Shown here in pieces: positions 31,470-41,275 of a stretch of 56,474 bases of DNA; position 1 is the first letter of the stretch; every line of letters starts with the position of its first letter. The notes under the pieces are model-generated. The model saw only the letters and a list, made by a program, of their open reading frames with translations, did no database searches and was not told the origin of the DNA. Made by a program: the position numbers and the translations under genes. The DNA comes from a bacterium. Lineage in GTDB: Bacteria; Patescibacteriota; Minisyncoccia; Minisyncoccales; DAOVPY01. The stretch is taken from the NCBI GenBank assembly GCA_030596105.1, contig JAUVKU010000001.1:1-56474 (forward strand), read 5' to 3'.

Positions 31470-32954
31470 ATGGCGACAATTGACGAACTCAAAAAAATAC
31501 GAATAAAAAAATTAGCAACTTTTAAAAGTGCTGGGATTGACCCCTATCCATTAAAAATAAAACGGACTCATTCTATTGCTGAGCTTTTTTCTAATTTCAA
31601 TAAATTAAAAAAATCTGAGAAGCAAATAACTGCTGTCGGAAGAATTATGTCAATAAGAGAGCATGGAGCTTTATCATTCTCGCACATTGAAGATGGAAGC
31701 GGAAAAATTCAAACATTTTTTTCGCGCAACAAACTTGGCAAAAACGCATACAATTTCTTTTTAGAAAATTTTGACATAGGAGACTTTATACAGATTTCTG
31801 GAATTTTATTTAAGACCAAACGAAAAGAAAAAACAATAGAAGTTTCAAAATACCATATTTTATCCAAATCTCTTTTGGCTCTGCCCGAAAAATGGCACGG
31901 ATTGCAAGATGTTGAAGAGCGTTCCAGAAAAAGATATTTAGATTTAATTTTTAACAAAGAAGTAAAAGAAAAATTTGAAACTCGTTCAAAAATCATAAAA
32001 GAAATACGAAATTTTTTAGATAAAAACGAGTTCTTAGAAGTGGAAACACCGATTCTGCAATCAATCTATGGGGGAGCAAAAGCAAAACCATTTAAAACGC
32101 ATTTGAACGCGCTTGATATGGATTTGTATCTAAAAATAGCTCACGAGCTTTATCTAAAACGACTCTTAGTGGGCGGATTTGAAAAGGTATATGAAATAGG
32201 AAGAATTTTTAGAAACGAGGGCGTGGATAGGTCGCATAACCCAGAATTTACAATGTTAGAATTTTATTGGGCTTATGCTGACTATAAAAATTTAATGAAA
32301 TTTACTGAAAAATTAATTATAAATTTAATTAAAAAAACAAATAAAAAATTAGAAATAGAATACAAGGAAAAGAAAATAAATTTCAAAGCTCCATGGGAAC
32401 GCATTGAATTCTCGCAATTATTAAGAAAATACACAAAGATTGATTTAGAAGATCTAAACACCGAAGCATTAGCCAAAAAAGCAAAAGAGCTTGGAATCAA
32501 AATTGAAAAAGGCGCAAGCAAAGCTGAAATAGCAGATGAGATTTATAAAAAATATTGTCGTCCCAAAATAGTAAATCCAACATTTGTAATTCATCACCCG
32601 ATGGGAACTTTTCCATTAGCAAAACAGCTTAAAGATAAAAATCATCTTGATTTCATTCAAGCCAAATTAGCTGATTTTCAATTGATAGCAGGGGGATTTG
32701 AACTCTGTAGCGCTTTTTCTGAACTTAATGACCCGATAGAGCAAAGAAAAAGATTTGAAGAACAAGAAAAACTATACAAAAAAGGATTTAAAGAAGCCCA
32801 AAGAACAGACAAGGATTTCTTGGAAGCGTTGGAACATGGCATGCCACCTGCCGCTGGCTTTGGAATGGGAATTGATAGATTAGTAGCCTTATTAACTAAC
32901 TCGCATTCAATAAAGGAGGTTATACTATTCCCAACAATGCGACCAAAAAAATAA
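31470..32954 (+). CDS. lysS: Lysine--tRNA ligase (class II)
   Basis: EVETPIL, FRNEG..RSHNPEFTMLE, GMPPAAGFGMGIDRL. Confidence 0.98.
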   Translation: MATIDELKKIRIKKLATFKSAGIDPYPLKIKRTHSIAELFSNFNKLKKSEKQITAVGRIMSIREHGALSFSHIEDGSGKIQTFFSRNKLGKNAYNFFLENFDIGDFIQISGILFKTKRKEKTIEVSKYHILSKSLLALPEKWHGLQDVEERSRKRYLDLIFNKEVKEKFETRSKIIKEIRNFLDKNEFLEVETPILQSIYGGAKAKPFKTHLNALDMDLYLKIAHELYLKRLLVGGFEKVYEIGRIFRNEGVDRSHNPEFTMLEFYWAYADYKNLMKFTEKLIINLIKKTNKKLEIEYKEKKINFKAPWERIEFSQLLRKYTKIDLEDLNTEALAKKAKELGIKIEKGASKAEIADEIYKKYCRPKIVNPTFVIHHPMGTFPLAKQLKDKNHLDFIQAKLADFQLIAGGFELCSAFSELNDPIEQRKRFEEQEKLYKKGFKEAQRTDKDFLEALEHGMPPAAGFGMGIDRLVALLTNSHSIKEVILFPTMRPKK

Positions 32955-32958
32955 AAAT

Positions 32959-34230
32959 ATGTTAGATATAAAATTCATAAGAGAAAATCCAAATTTAGTT
33001 AAAAAAGGATGTAAAGACAAACAAGTCAATGTTGATATTGACAAACTTTTAGAGGCAGACCAAAAAAAACGGGCGCTTTTACTCGCATTGGAAGACATGA
33101 GAACAAAAAAAAATAAAGCGAGCAAAGCAATCGTAGCTACAAAAAACGAAGCCGAAAAAAGAAAAATCATTCTTCAAATGCAAGAGCTAGACAAAAACAA
33201 CGATAAAATTGACGAAAAATTTAAAGAAGCTGAAAAACGACTTAACGATTTAATGCTTGATGTCCCTAATCCACCATTTGACAATGTAATAATTGGAAAA
33301 AACGATTCGGAAAATAAAACTCTAAGAGAAGTTGGGAAAAAACCAAAATTTAACTTTGAACAAAAAAATTATTTAGAAATTGCTGAAGATTTAGACCTTA
33401 TTGATATTAAAAGGGCGGCCAAAGTTTCTGGTAGTCGCTTTGGTTATCTTAAAAATGAAATTGCATTGATGGAATTTGCGTTGGTTAATTTAGCTTTTGA
33501 AACCTTGTTAAAAGAAAAATTTACGCCAATTATTCCGCCTGTAATGATTTCTGAAAAATCAATGAGCGCAATGGGCTATTTAGCTCATGGCGGAGAAGAC
33601 GAAACTTATCATTTTGAAAAAGACAACTTATATCTTACGGGCACATCAGAGCAATCAATAGGTCCAATGTACACAGATGAAGTTTTAGAAGAAAAAGAGC
33701 TTCCTAAGCGATTTGTTGGCTTCTCAACCTGTTTTAGAAGAGAGGCTGGCTCTTATGGAAAAGACACGAAAGGGATTTTAAGAGTTCATCAATTTGATAA
33801 ATTAGAAATGTTTAGTTTTTGCGATCCTAAAAAATCAAAAGATGAACATAAATTTTTCCTCTCAATGGAAGAAAAACTAATGCAATCTTTAAAATTGCCC
33901 TATAGAGTAATAGATATTTGTAGCGGCGATCTTGGTGATCCTGCTGCTCAAAAATATGATATTGAAACATGGATACCTTCGGAAAATAAATATCGCGAAA
34001 CGCATTCAACAAGCAATTGCACCGATTGGCAAGCAAGACGACTAAACATCCGTTATCGCAACCCCGAAACTCAAAAATTAGAATTCGTTCATACTGTAAA
34101 TGGCACTGCTTTTGCGATAGGCAGAACTCTAATTGCTATTATTGAAAACTATCAACAAAAAGATGGGGGCATAAAAATTCCGAAAGCTTTGCAAAAATAC
34201 TTGGGATTTAAAACTATTAACAAAAAATGA
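32959..34230 (+). CDS. serS: Serine--tRNA ligase
   Basis: GTSE, CFRREAGSYGKDTKG..RVHQFDKLE, HTVNGT. Confidence 0.98.
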   Translation: MLDIKFIRENPNLVKKGCKDKQVNVDIDKLLEADQKKRALLLALEDMRTKKNKASKAIVATKNEAEKRKIILQMQELDKNNDKIDEKFKEAEKRLNDLMLDVPNPPFDNVIIGKNDSENKTLREVGKKPKFNFEQKNYLEIAEDLDLIDIKRAAKVSGSRFGYLKNEIALMEFALVNLAFETLLKEKFTPIIPPVMISEKSMSAMGYLAHGGEDETYHFEKDNLYLTGTSEQSIGPMYTDEVLEEKELPKRFVGFSTCFRREAGSYGKDTKGILRVHQFDKLEMFSFCDPKKSKDEHKFFLSMEEKLMQSLKLPYRVIDICSGDLGDPAAQKYDIETWIPSENKYRETHSTSNCTDWQARRLNIRYRNPETQKLEFVHTVNGTAFAIGRTLIAIIENYQQKDGGIKIPKALQKYLGFKTINKK

Positions 34231-34940
34231 AAACTTTAATTATTCTTCATGGCTGGCAAAGTTCAAGGGAAAAATGGGAAAATGTTAAAAAAGAAATTGA
34301 AAAACAAGGGACTAAGGTGATTTCTCTGGATTTGCCTGGATTTAAAAAAGAAACAGCGCTTTCAGAAGTATGGAATTTGGATAATTATGTTGAATGGTTC
34401 AAAGATTTTTCAGATAAATTCAATGAACCGTTTTTTTTGTTGGGACATTCATTCGGTGGACGAATCGCAATAAAATTTGCTGCGCAATATCCAGAAAAAT
34501 TAGAAGGACTGATTTTGGTCTCATCGGCTGGAATAAAACCAGAAACAAATAACAATCACCGTGCGATGCTTATTTTTGCAAAAAAAATACGCAAAACATT
34601 TTCGCATTTTAATTTTTATCCTCTTGCCAGAAAAATTTTCTACAAATATGTTTTTAAAACAACTGACTACATAAATTCTGAAAAAATCCCCTTTTTACAG
34701 GAAACATTTAAAAATATTATTGATGAAGATTTAAAATCCCAGCTATCTAAAATAAAAAGTAAAACCCTTATTATATGGGGGAACAAAGACATTCTAACGC
34801 CCGTATCCAATGGCTATTTAATGAAAGAAAAAATAAAAAACTCAAAATTGGAGATATTGAAAAATGTTGGGCACAATCCATATGTAACAGATTTTAAAAT
34901 TTTGTCTGAAAAAATTTCAAATTTTATCAAAAATTTTTAA
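34227..34940 (+). CDS. Alpha/beta hydrolase
   Basis: LHGW, DLPGF, GHSFGG nucleophile, WG..D, GH. Confidence 0.9.
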   Translation: MKTLIILHGWQSSREKWENVKKEIEKQGTKVISLDLPGFKKETALSEVWNLDNYVEWFKDFSDKFNEPFFLLGHSFGGRIAIKFAAQYPEKLEGLILVSSAGIKPETNNNHRAMLIFAKKIRKTFSHFNFYPLARKIFYKYVFKTTDYINSEKIPFLQETFKNIIDEDLKSQLSKIKSKTLIIWGNKDILTPVSNGYLMKEKIKNSKLEILKNVGHNPYVTDFKILSEKISNFIKNF

Positions 34941-34944
34941 CATT

Positions 34945-36666
34945 ATGCTTTCAATATTTTCTTTATTGCTTATTTCAATATCCATTTTTTGGCTCATTCG
35001 GTCAGCAAAAATAATTTTGTTTTGGGTTTATTTATGGCAATTAAAAGACTATCATATCCCTAGATTTTTAGCGCATTTCCAAACAGAAAAAGGCAGACAA
35101 ATTTTATTAAGCAAATTACGATTTTTAAAAATCATTTTATTGCTTTGCTTTTTATCTTCCAATATTATTTTATTCTTTCATGATGCTTTTGCTTCTACTG
35201 TCTTCTTGCCATTGATTCTTTTGGTCTTGTATTCTCTTGAATCAATTAGAACTATTAAGGGTTTTATTCAAAGAAAATTAAAAATGCCCGTTTTTACTAA
35301 AAAAACAATGCCAATTTTGGGATTGATTTTTATTCTATTTACCCTATGTCCTTTATTTCTTTGGCAAAAAATACAACAAACCGCTTTTATTTATAATTAT
35401 CCACCATTACTTAAATTTTGTTTTTCACTTTTATTAATTGACATTCTTTCTCCAATAATCTTATCTTTGCTTATTCTGTCTTTCCAGCCATTGACTGTTT
35501 TACTCCGCAATCAAATTTTAAAAAAGGCAAAATTAAAAAGAAAAAAACTGAAAGATCTTTTAGTGATTGGTATTACTGGAAGCTACGGCAAAACATCAAC
35601 AAAAGAATTTCTATACACTATTCTTGCTGAAAAATTCGGTAAAAATAAAATAGTAAAAACAAGCAAACATCAAAATTCAGAAATAGGAATTTCACAATGT
35701 ATTTTAAGAGATATAAAGCCGGAACATAAAATTTTCATTTGCGAAATGGGCGCATATATGAAGGGAGGAATAAAATTGCTTTGCAATATCGCTAAACCAA
35801 AAATCGGCATTTTAACTGGAATAAACCAGCAACATTTAGCAACATTCGGCTCGCAAGAAAAAATAGTAAAAACAAAATTTGAACTAATTAAATCTTTACC
35901 CGAAAATGGTATCGCAATTTTAAACGGAAACAACAAACATATTATTTCAGAACTTGCCACAATCAATAAAACAATAAAAACAGGCATAAAAAAACTCTAT
36001 TCAATAAAAGAAAAAAAAGATATTTGGGCCGAAGATATAAATGTCCAAAAAGAAAAAGTTTTGTTTAAAGTTTTTTCAAAAGATGGAGATTCTGCTAATT
36101 TTATAATAAACTTATTGGGATCGCGAAGTATTGAAAATATTTTGGCAGCAACTGTTTGCGCTAAAGAACTTGGAATGAGTTTAAATGAAATTTCAAAAGC
36201 TTGTGAAAAAATAGAACCAATTCATGGTTTGGGAAAATTAATAAAAGAGCAAAATGGCTTAAATATAATTGACGCCACTTATTCTGCAAACCCCGATAGC
36301 GTAATTTCACATCTTAATTATTTAAAAGTTTGGAATCACGAAACTATCCGTGGCGTTGAATGTAAAAAAATAATTATAATGCCTTGCTTGATAGAGTTGG
36401 GAAACACGGCAAAACACATTCACCAAAAAATAGGAGGGAAAATAGGCGAAATTTGCGACTTAGCGATTATCACCACTAAAGAATATTTTGATGAAATAAA
36501 AAATTCCGCCGTGGAAAGCGGAATGGATAAAAAAAATATTTTATTCATTGAAAATCCAGAAACAATTTTAAAAAAAATAAAAACCTTTTGCAGGGTAGGG
36601 GACATAATCTTGCTTGAAAGTCGAGCGCCAAAAAAAGTAATTAAGAATCTAACAAAAACAAAATAA
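34945..36666 (+). CDS. murF: UDP-MurNAc-tripeptide:D-Ala-D-Ala ligase with N-terminal membrane domain
   Basis: GITGSYGKTSTKE, EMGAY, IID.TY.ANP; N-terminal TM helices. Confidence 0.85.
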   Translation: MLSIFSLLLISISIFWLIRSAKIILFWVYLWQLKDYHIPRFLAHFQTEKGRQILLSKLRFLKIILLLCFLSSNIILFFHDAFASTVFLPLILLVLYSLESIRTIKGFIQRKLKMPVFTKKTMPILGLIFILFTLCPLFLWQKIQQTAFIYNYPPLLKFCFSLLLIDILSPIILSLLILSFQPLTVLLRNQILKKAKLKRKKLKDLLVIGITGSYGKTSTKEFLYTILAEKFGKNKIVKTSKHQNSEIGISQCILRDIKPEHKIFICEMGAYMKGGIKLLCNIAKPKIGILTGINQQHLATFGSQEKIVKTKFELIKSLPENGIAILNGNNKHIISELATINKTIKTGIKKLYSIKEKKDIWAEDINVQKEKVLFKVFSKDGDSANFIINLLGSRSIENILAATVCAKELGMSLNEISKACEKIEPIHGLGKLIKEQNGLNIIDATYSANPDSVISHLNYLKVWNHETIRGVECKKIIIMPCLIELGNTAKHIHQKIGGKIGEICDLAIITTKEYFDEIKNSAVESGMDKKNILFIENPETILKKIKTFCRVGDIILLESRAPKKVIKNLTKTK

Positions 36667-36723
36667 AATACAAGGGGGGGAAATTAAAAAAAGAGGATAA
36701 ATCCTCTTTTAAATTCTTATTAT

Positions 36724-37056
36724 TTACTTGTTCATGGCTACTATTATGGCGGTAACAGCAAGAGTTAGAATAATCCCCGCAATTACCTGTACCCAAAACA
36801 TCAACGCGGTAAGCCATGTTGCCTCAATACCTGTAAATTCTGATACCCATGGCCAAATGACAAAATACATTACTAAGACTTGAATTATCACTCCGCCGAA
36901 AGGAATAATCGCCAAAAGCAATACTATGCCATAAAGCACTGCCAGAATAAGCACTGCCAACATTCCGCCAACTCCGCCGTATACGAAATACGCGGTAGCA
37001 ACAAAAAAAACCAAAATAAGCCAATCGCACCCAGTAAATCCTGTTTTTGCGTTCAT
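36724..37056 (-). CDS. Hypothetical membrane protein
   Basis: 110 aa, highly hydrophobic, strong SD GGGGGTGA. Confidence 0.75.
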   Translation of the reverse strand: MNAKTGFTGCDWLILVFFVATAYFVYGGVGGMLAVLILAVLYGIVLLLAIIPFGGVIIQVLVMYFVIWPWVSEFTGIEATWLTALMFWVQVIAGIILTLAVTAIIVAMNK

Positions 37057-37091
37057 TTTTTCTTTTTCACCCCCTAATTTTTTAAATAGCT

Positions 37092-37601
37092 ATGTTTACT
37101 AAATATAAAGTATTATACAAAACAATCGTGATTTTGTCAATAGCTGTGATAACGGGTAATTTAATTTTGCCGAATTTTTCTTTTGCCCAACAAAACAACG
37201 AAATAAACAAATCAGCGGGGGAGTTAACCAAAACATCAGAAAAATCAATTGAAACTCCAAAAGATTTTGGCGAAGCAAAAGACCTTGTAATCCAAATTAT
37301 AAAACCCTTACCAGCTAGTATAGAAAAAGCATGGCAAAAAACAAAAAAAATCTGGCAAAATACATGGATTAAATGGTGGAATAATCGTATATATCCATGG
37401 CTTAAAACAACTTGGCAAAAAACAGCGAAACCATACACAGATAAAGCAATAGAGAAAATCAAACTTTTTTTACATATAGAAATTGAAAAAAGAAAATCAA
37501 TTATAGAGCAAGAACTTGAAAAAGAAAAACAAGAACTAATTGAGGAATTTCCAAAACATAGCAAAACGCTTTGGCAAAAATTTATAGAATTATTAAAATA
37601 G
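37092..37601 (+). CDS. Hypothetical exported, Trp-rich helical protein
   Basis: Signal peptide-like N-terminus ending FSFA-Q; W-rich amphipathic segment. Confidence 0.7.
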   Translation: MFTKYKVLYKTIVILSIAVITGNLILPNFSFAQQNNEINKSAGELTKTSEKSIETPKDFGEAKDLVIQIIKPLPASIEKAWQKTKKIWQNTWIKWWNNRIYPWLKTTWQKTAKPYTDKAIEKIKLFLHIEIEKRKSIIEQELEKEKQELIEEFPKHSKTLWQKFIELLK

Positions 37602-37621
37602 AAACTGGTTTAAACCAGTTT
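37602..37621. other. Perfect 20-bp palindrome
   Basis: AAACTGGTTTAAACCAGTTT equals its own reverse complement. Confidence 0.7.
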
Positions 37622-37662
37622 TAAATCATAAGACTGTTTAGTGATTTTTAGTGGGGAAGGGG

Positions 37663-37691
37663 TTGACACGGCTTTTCAAGTCGTATATTAT
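37663..37691 (+). promoter_or_regulatory. Putative sigma70 promoter upstream of the Xer recombinase
   Basis: TTGACA-17 nt-TATTAT. Confidence 0.55.
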
Positions 37692-37985
37692 AAATATATG
37701 AATATGAGTATAATATCTCTAACACTCATAAACAAATATGCTTATATTAACGCCTCCTTCCCCCTTAATATGACTACCCCACTTATACAACAAATAAAAA
37801 GGGGCTAAAACAGCCCAAAAATGATAGAAAATGCTAGAAAAGAGGTACTAAACATCGTCTTTTCATCTATATTATAAGAATAATCTATATATAAAATAAA
37901 CCAGCTTATAACTTATCAATTATCAATCATAAAATATCAATTATATTTTACAAATAATCAATTATTAAAATAATCAATTATCAAT

Positions 37986-38921
37986 ATGCTTAATTATCTT
38001 GAAGATTTCTTGCTTCACATAAAAATAAATAACTATTCAGAAGAAACACTTTATAACTACCAACGAGATTTAAAAACTTTTGAGGACTTCTTAAAGAACG
38101 AGGTTAAAACTTCTTTTAATAAAATTACTAAAAAGACAATTGAACAATACAAAGCGTATTTAGTATCACGCGACCGCAAGACCACTGCAGGCCAAAAACC
38201 TAAAAAAAACCTCTCAGCGGGCTCTATAAATCGCAATTTATCAAGTGTGCGTAGATATCTCAAATATCTTATAAAGATGGACTATAAGACGCCTATAGCC
38301 CCTGAGGGCATTGAATTGTTGCGGACGGAAAAAAAACATCCTAGGGTCTCAGAACTTGAAGAAATAATAAAGCTAATTGAATTTCCTTCTAAACTTGAAA
38401 AGGATACAAAAATTGCTTTACGCAACCGAGCAATGCTTGAAACCCTATTTTCCACTGGAATGCGAATTTCTGAACTAATAAACCTTAAAATATCACAAAT
38501 TGATAAAACGGGCAGAGTTTTTATACTGGGAAAAGGAAAAAAAGAAAGATTTGTTTACTTAACCCAAAGAGCGCAAAAACATATTAAAAAATACATGGAT
38601 TTTCGTGGCTCAAGCGCCTCTCCATTTCTATTTATTCCTTACAGGGGCAAAAATGTGCACGATAAAAATAAAAAAATTTCTACTAATTACCTAGAGGAAA
38701 AAGTTAAAAGATACAGGGAGATATTGGGCTTTAATATTCCTATTTCTCCTCATTCAATCCGACACGCATTTGCCACATATTTGGCTGAAAGCGGAGCTAA
38801 TCCGGTTGCCATTCAAATCCTTTTAGGGCACGAATCATTAGACACCACAACAAGATATGTCCATGCTTCTGATCGTTATGCTGAAAAAATGCATTATAAA
38901 TATCATCCACTCAAAAATTAA
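37986..38921 (+). CDS. XerC/XerD-family tyrosine recombinase
   Basis: SAM-like N-domain, TGMRISEL, GKGKKER, HSIRHAFAT, LLGH....TT.RY catalytic set. Confidence 0.93.
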   Translation: MLNYLEDFLLHIKINNYSEETLYNYQRDLKTFEDFLKNEVKTSFNKITKKTIEQYKAYLVSRDRKTTAGQKPKKNLSAGSINRNLSSVRRYLKYLIKMDYKTPIAPEGIELLRTEKKHPRVSELEEIIKLIEFPSKLEKDTKIALRNRAMLETLFSTGMRISELINLKISQIDKTGRVFILGKGKKERFVYLTQRAQKHIKKYMDFRGSSASPFLFIPYRGKNVHDKNKKISTNYLEEKVKRYREILGFNIPISPHSIRHAFATYLAESGANPVAIQILLGHESLDTTTRYVHASDRYAEKMHYKYHPLKN

Positions 38922-38980
38922 ACTTATTATTTGATAAATCTAATAAAAAAGCAACGCCTTGAAACGCTACTTTATGTGTT

Positions 38981-39673
38981 TTATTTGCCAAATCTTCTTC
39001 CTCGCTCAGCATAATTTTCAATAGCCTTATTTAAATCTTTTTCAGTAAAATCAGGCCAATATTTTTTTAAAAAATATAATTCTGAATAAGCGCTTTGCCA
39101 TGTTAAAAAATTAGAAAGTCTTTGCTCTCCAGCGGTACGAATAATCAAATCAGGATAAGGCAATCCCTGCGTCCAAAGATTTTTATCTATTAATTCCTCT
39201 GTAATTTTATTTGGAGGAATTTTTTGCGAAACAATTTTTTTAATTGTTTCAACAATTTCCTGTCTTCCGCCATAACTTATAGCAAGAACAAAAATTCTTT
39301 TTTTATTATTTTTTGTAATTTCTTCGGCATTTTTTATTATTTTTTGCAAAAATTTTGGCAGTTTATCTTTTTGTCCAATCACTAAAATTTTTGTGCCATC
39401 TTCATATGCTTCTTGAATAAAATCTTTACTAAGAGCCTGAGCTATCAATTCCATCAAATAGTTTATTTCTTTTTTTGATCTTTTCCAATTCTCAATAGAA
39501 AAACCATAGACAGTTAAAATTTTGATACCTTTCTTTTTACACCATTCTTGCATCTTCCACACATTTTCCTTGCCCTTCAAATGTCCAGCAAAACTTGGCA
39601 GGCCTTTTTCTTTTGCCCACCTTCTATTACCGTCTATAATAATACCTAAATGATAGGGAATTTTTTTGTTCAT
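38981..39673 (-). CDS. uppS: Undecaprenyl diphosphate synthase (cis-prenyltransferase)
   Basis: IIDGNRRWA, FSIENWKRS, YGGRQEI, RTAGEQRLSNFL, YWPDF, RRFGK. Confidence 0.96.
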   Translation of the reverse strand: MNKKIPYHLGIIIDGNRRWAKEKGLPSFAGHLKGKENVWKMQEWCKKKGIKILTVYGFSIENWKRSKKEINYLMELIAQALSKDFIQEAYEDGTKILVIGQKDKLPKFLQKIIKNAEEITKNNKKRIFVLAISYGGRQEIVETIKKIVSQKIPPNKITEELIDKNLWTQGLPYPDLIIRTAGEQRLSNFLTWQSAYSELYFLKKYWPDFTEKDLNKAIENYAERGRRFGK

Positions 39674-39805
39674 ATATTGGCTCCTTTATATTTTAAAAAA
39701 CTACGGGTCTCTTAAACAAAAGTCCTTACATTCAAAATACAAAATTTTAAGGATATCGTCAAGCTAATAAAAACAATGATGCTGGTAAAGTTGAACAAAT
39801 AAAAT

Positions 39806-40777
39806 CTATACTAAAAAATCCCCTTCTATTTTTACTTTTTTAGGCAATACCCATGGCAAATGGAACCCAAAAAAATAAGTTGATTTTGTCGCTATTTTAG
39901 AAAAAATAATTCTTGGAAGAAAAAATCTTTTCATTGCTTTTTCATAAGCTAAAAAATCAGGAAAATTTTTTAAAAGCATTTCAGACGCAATCAATCCCCA
40001 AACTACTCCCCCCCCACTCCAAGGCTTAGTTAGTCCGGCAGCATCGCCACATAATGTAATCTTAGAATGTTTTGGAACACAAAAACCTTGTGGCACAATC
40101 CCAGCCCTTATTTCATCAATTTGCAAATTATGTTCTGACAAAAATTCTTTAAAGAATTTTTGCGCCTGTTTTAATCCAGCAATAATTCCATATTCATATC
40201 CCCCATTCTTAGGTATTTTCCAAGCAAATCCCCTTTTTCGCGCCCAAGTTTCTACAATATTAGTATATTCTTGATCATTGGACTGTTTAACCACAAATCC
40301 CTGAATAGCTAAACGCAAACTTGGGTCATCTAACCCCAAATACTTTCTTACAAAAGATTGTGGCCCATCACAACCAATAATTCTATCAAAATCTTTTAAT
40401 AAATTCGCAATCTCATTATGCGAAATAAAATAATTTAAATTAATTTTTGCGCCTGATTTTTCAGCTAAAATAGCAACCATTTTATCTAATTCCCTATGCT
40501 CTATATCAACAAACCCTTCAGAAAACTTTATTTTTACGCTATTTTTAGGGAAATGAGTTAAAATAAAATCTATTTTATTTTGAATGAGACAAGACGCTTG
40601 AGGAATGAATTCTAAAATTCTTCGCGAAAAAAGCCCTGAACAAGCTTGCTTACCAATCTCTTTTCTTTTTTCAAAAACGCTTACTTGATGACCCTTACAG
40701 GAAAGCTTCCACGCCAAATAAAGCCCACAAATTCCAGCCCCAACAATAGCTATTTTTAATTTTTTCTTCATATACAC
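39806..40777 (-). CDS. Geranylgeranyl reductase-family FAD oxidoreductase
   Basis: GAGICG, CSGL, GCDG..S.VR, FAW.IP, GDAAG..KP.SGGG. Confidence 0.8.
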   Translation of the reverse strand: MYMKKKLKIAIVGAGICGLYLAWKLSCKGHQVSVFEKRKEIGKQACSGLFSRRILEFIPQASCLIQNKIDFILTHFPKNSVKIKFSEGFVDIEHRELDKMVAILAEKSGAKINLNYFISHNEIANLLKDFDRIIGCDGPQSFVRKYLGLDDPSLRLAIQGFVVKQSNDQEYTNIVETWARKRGFAWKIPKNGGYEYGIIAGLKQAQKFFKEFLSEHNLQIDEIRAGIVPQGFCVPKHSKITLCGDAAGLTKPWSGGGVVWGLIASEMLLKNFPDFLAYEKAMKRFFLPRIIFSKIATKSTYFFGFHLPWVLPKKVKIEGDFLV

Positions 40778-40865
40778 ATATTAAGACATTAAATAACCAA
40801 TAGCAAATGAAAATAGAGAAATCAAAACAACAGCAATAAAAAGAGTGATTTGTTCCCCATTCTTT

Positions 40866-40894
40866 TTGACAAATTCAATAATTTTTGGTAATAT
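40866..40894 (+). promoter_or_regulatory. Putative rpmA promoter
   Basis: TTGACA-17 nt-TAATAT with TG extension. Confidence 0.6.
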
Positions 40895-40932
40895 TATCAT
40901 TAGAATAGAAGATTAACTTATAATTTAAAACT

Positions 40933-41211
40933 ATGTCAAAAACAAAATCAGCGGGTTCGAGTAAATTAGGACGAGATTCTAATCCACAATATCTGGGAGT
41001 CAAGCTTTACGCTGGACAAAAAACAAAGCCTGGTAGTATTATCGTTCGCCAACGAGGTTCAAAAATTTTAGCTGGAAAAAATGTCCGAGAAGGAAAAGAC
41101 AATACCCTTTACGCTATCAAAGATGGCTTGGTTAAATTTACCACAAAACGCATTACACGCTTTGATAATAAACAACGCGTTGCCAAAATAGCGAATGTAG
41201 AACTTAAATAA
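40933..41211 (+). CDS. rpmA: 50S ribosomal protein L27
   Basis: [28 protein letters not shown]. Confidence 0.97.
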   Translation: MSKTKSAGSSKLGRDSNPQYLGVKLYAGQKTKPGSIIVRQRGSKILAGKNVREGKDNTLYAIKDGLVKFTTKRITRFDNKQRVAKIANVELK

Positions 41212-41232
41212 TTTTCAATTTTTCAAAATATG

Positions 41233-41260
41233 AAAAAGGGAGCATGAAAGCTCTCTTTTT
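41233..41260. terminator. Bidirectional terminator between rpmA and pyrG
   Basis: AAAAAGGGAGC...GCTCTCTTTTT between convergent genes. Confidence 0.65.
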
Positions 41261-41275
41261 CTTTTTCAATTTATT

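Noticed and set aside
37602..38980. dif site or prophage/integron at the Xer gene
   Set aside because: No convincing 28-bp dif consensus, no phage genes, no integron-integrase insertion, and housekeeping genes lie nearby on both sides.
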